A DNA stretch of 17,549 bases from Bdellovibrio sp. (GTDB taxonomy: Bacteria; Bdellovibrionota; Bdellovibrionia; Bdellovibrionales; Bdellovibrionaceae), in the NCBI GenBank assembly GCA_046318155.1, contig JBKCUU010000112.1:1-17549 (forward strand). Reading direction: 5' to 3'. A program made the position numbers and the translations under genes. The notes below the pieces were generated by a model. The model ran no database searches. It was not told the origin of the DNA and saw nothing but the letters and a program-made list of their open reading frames with translations. Each line of letters begins with the position of its first letter. Within the stretch, counting starts at the first letter, position 1. Shown piece by piece: positions 16,901 to 17,549 of the stretch.

Positions 16901-17102
16901 CAACCATATCGACGACTTGGCTCTCCATCACCTCGGGAGCGGCCCCATCGAGTGTGAACGAAACGGTGATGACAGGAAAGTCGACATCAGGCATTTGGCT
17001 CAGCCCCATTCGCGAGAATGAAATCAAGCCAAAAACCATCAAGCCAAACATGAGCATCCAGGCAAAGACGGGATTGCGGATCGAGAGATCAGAAAGACGC
17101 AT
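13950..17102 (-). CDS. RND efflux transporter permease (AcrB/MdtB/SwrC-like)
   Basis: 1050 aa; SIRNPVFA, PDVDFP; proton-relay motifs GIVVDDAIMVLENI, GIVKKNSILLIEF and RLRPILMTS; GGAG SD at 17111-17108. Confidence 0.96.
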   Translation of the reverse strand: MRLSDLSIRNPVFAWMLMFGLMVFGLISFSRMGLSQMPDVDFPVITVSFTLDGAAPEVMESQVVDMVESALMTVEGVGTISSTSKTGSASITVEFDLNRDINLALQDVQAKVAATQRLLPDNLDPPTISKTNPEDQPIMWVALTTETGDLQYMMQYARDYLKDRFATVEGVGDIFLGGYTDSVMRVRVRPQDLNRFSISVNDVLDAIKGEHKESPGGFIETEKTQFNVRTMGEAKSVDEFKNIIISKRGGQAIADPTNLVRLHQVADISFGLDEIRRISRFNGKPALGLGIRKQRGTNAVAVARAVKEKINEINPQLPKGLNLAVNFDSTKFIEQSVHELNKHLVLAVILTSVVCWFFLGSWSATFNVLLSIPTSLLGSFIGLYFLGYTLNTFTLLGLTLAIGIVVDDAIMVLENIFRYNEKGYGRIESAIVGAREIGFAAIAATAAVIAIFLPVAFMSGIIGKFFMQFGVTISLAVFLSLVESLTITPMRCAAFVHHGERTTRIGRAFEGSLHALIRFYDRCLRASLNHPWKVIVGSLVFVALSFFSIKFLRKEMSPAQDQGSFMARLIFPVGTSLAYADKQSKKAEDLLRARSEVDKVYAAVGGFGGGAGDSNITMMFITLKDRGKRGLDPASGKELSQQQFMEVIRPELAKIEDTRPILMDLSQQGFSGGRGYPVEFSLLGSDWDKLAEFEARMREEMSKSGLMVDVDSDFKAGMPEIQVIPERTSAANHGVSISQIGTTVNALIAGVKAGEFPQGGHRYDIKVKLLDSGDRTKEISSLVVSNTRGNLISMPAMVKQEQTKALQAISRKNRQRAISIYSNLKPGVSQQDAMAFVETKAREILDPGYMIQQGGSSKTFKESFQSLIFALVMGLVIAYMVLASQFNSFIDPVAILMALPFSFSGAFFALLLTSQSLNMFSMIGLLLLMGIVKKNSILLIEFTNTVRDRGTQTAKAALIEACPVRLRPILMTSVATIAAALPSATATGEGSETMRPMAICLIGGVLVSTVLTLVVVPCVYLLMDRFRRRDTQREDTKKAFEHVGNEAAEA

Positions 17103-17219
17103 AAAATCTCCAGTGAGAAATACTTGAGGCTCTAATATGGCCTTGGACTAGATTCTTTCCAAGCGAGAACTTGAGAGACCCGGAGCTACGAGTCTTTTGA
17201 AAAGCCTGTTGAAAGGCAA

Positions 17220-17549
17220 TCATTTGATGAGAGCGTTCAGGCCATCCCAATCTAAAATTTGAACCCCCAGTTTTTCGGCTCTTTGCACTTTAGAGCCGGG
17301 GTCGTCGCCGACCACGAGGTAGCTGAGTTTGGTGCTGACAGAACCTAAGATCTTACCGCCGTTTGCTTCGATAAGCTGATGTACCTCATCGCGCTTCACG
17401 GGTAAGGTCCCGGTGACGACAAAACTCTTGCCTTCAAGAACGCCGCTCTCTGCGCGTTTTGGTTTTTCAAATTTGATTCCGAGCTCAAGCAGTGACTGGG
17501 CTTCTTTGACGAGACTTTTTTGCGATAACCAGTGCAGGATCGAGCTTGC
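17220..17549 (-). CDS. ligA: NAD-dependent DNA ligase, C-terminal BRCT part (gene continues beyond the window)
   Basis: Manual translation: ...LLELGIKFEKPKRAESGVLEGKSFVVTGTLPVKRDEVHQLIEANGGKILGSVSTKLSYLVVGDDPGSKVQRAEKLGVQILDWDGLNALIK*, a typical LigA BRCT domain. Not in the ORF track because it lacks a start. Confidence 0.92.
   Translation of the reverse strand, partial: ASSILHWLSQKSLVKEAQSLLELGIKFEKPKRAESGVLEGKSFVVTGTLPVKRDEVHQLIEANGGKILGSVSTKLSYLVVGDDPGSKVQRAEKLGVQILDWDGLNALIK

Noticed and set aside
442..17127. Numerous antisense and alternate-frame ORFs of 60-180 aa
   Set aside because: They are shadows of well-supported genes and show no recognisable motifs.
1..17549. CRISPR array, tRNA/rRNA, IS/prophage or defence island
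   Set aside because: Intergenic gaps are all short, and no regularly spaced repeats, cloverleafs, transposase, integrase or nuclease motifs were seen by eye.

Overview
A gene-dense core-chromosome segment, most likely from a Bdellovibrionota bacterium (inferred from the histone gene and overall gene content). A tightly coupled + strand run of about 10 kb encodes FtsK, a secreted DUF3108-like protein, a TPR-like protein, an LptM/YifL-like lipoprotein, DapF, DapA, DapB, a degenerate FolK-like protein, transaldolase, a lipoprotein and a large exported protein. Next come murD (-), a divergently transcribed membrane metallophosphoesterase, and a 64-aa bacterial histone-fold protein of the Bdellovibrio Bd0055/HBb type with a strong SD and its own terminator. 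The window ends with an interrupted gene encoding only secretin (GspD) N-domains, an orphan RND permease (-) and the 3' end of ligA (-). The histone is the standout, although its family is already known. Less expected observations are a G7 tract that frameshifts the signal peptide of the gene after ftsK, a non-canonical FtsK Walker B, a probable FolK pseudoenzyme, a DapA predicted to be lysine-insensitive and a symmetric bidirectional -10 element. No mobile elements, CRISPR arrays or RNA genes were recognised.
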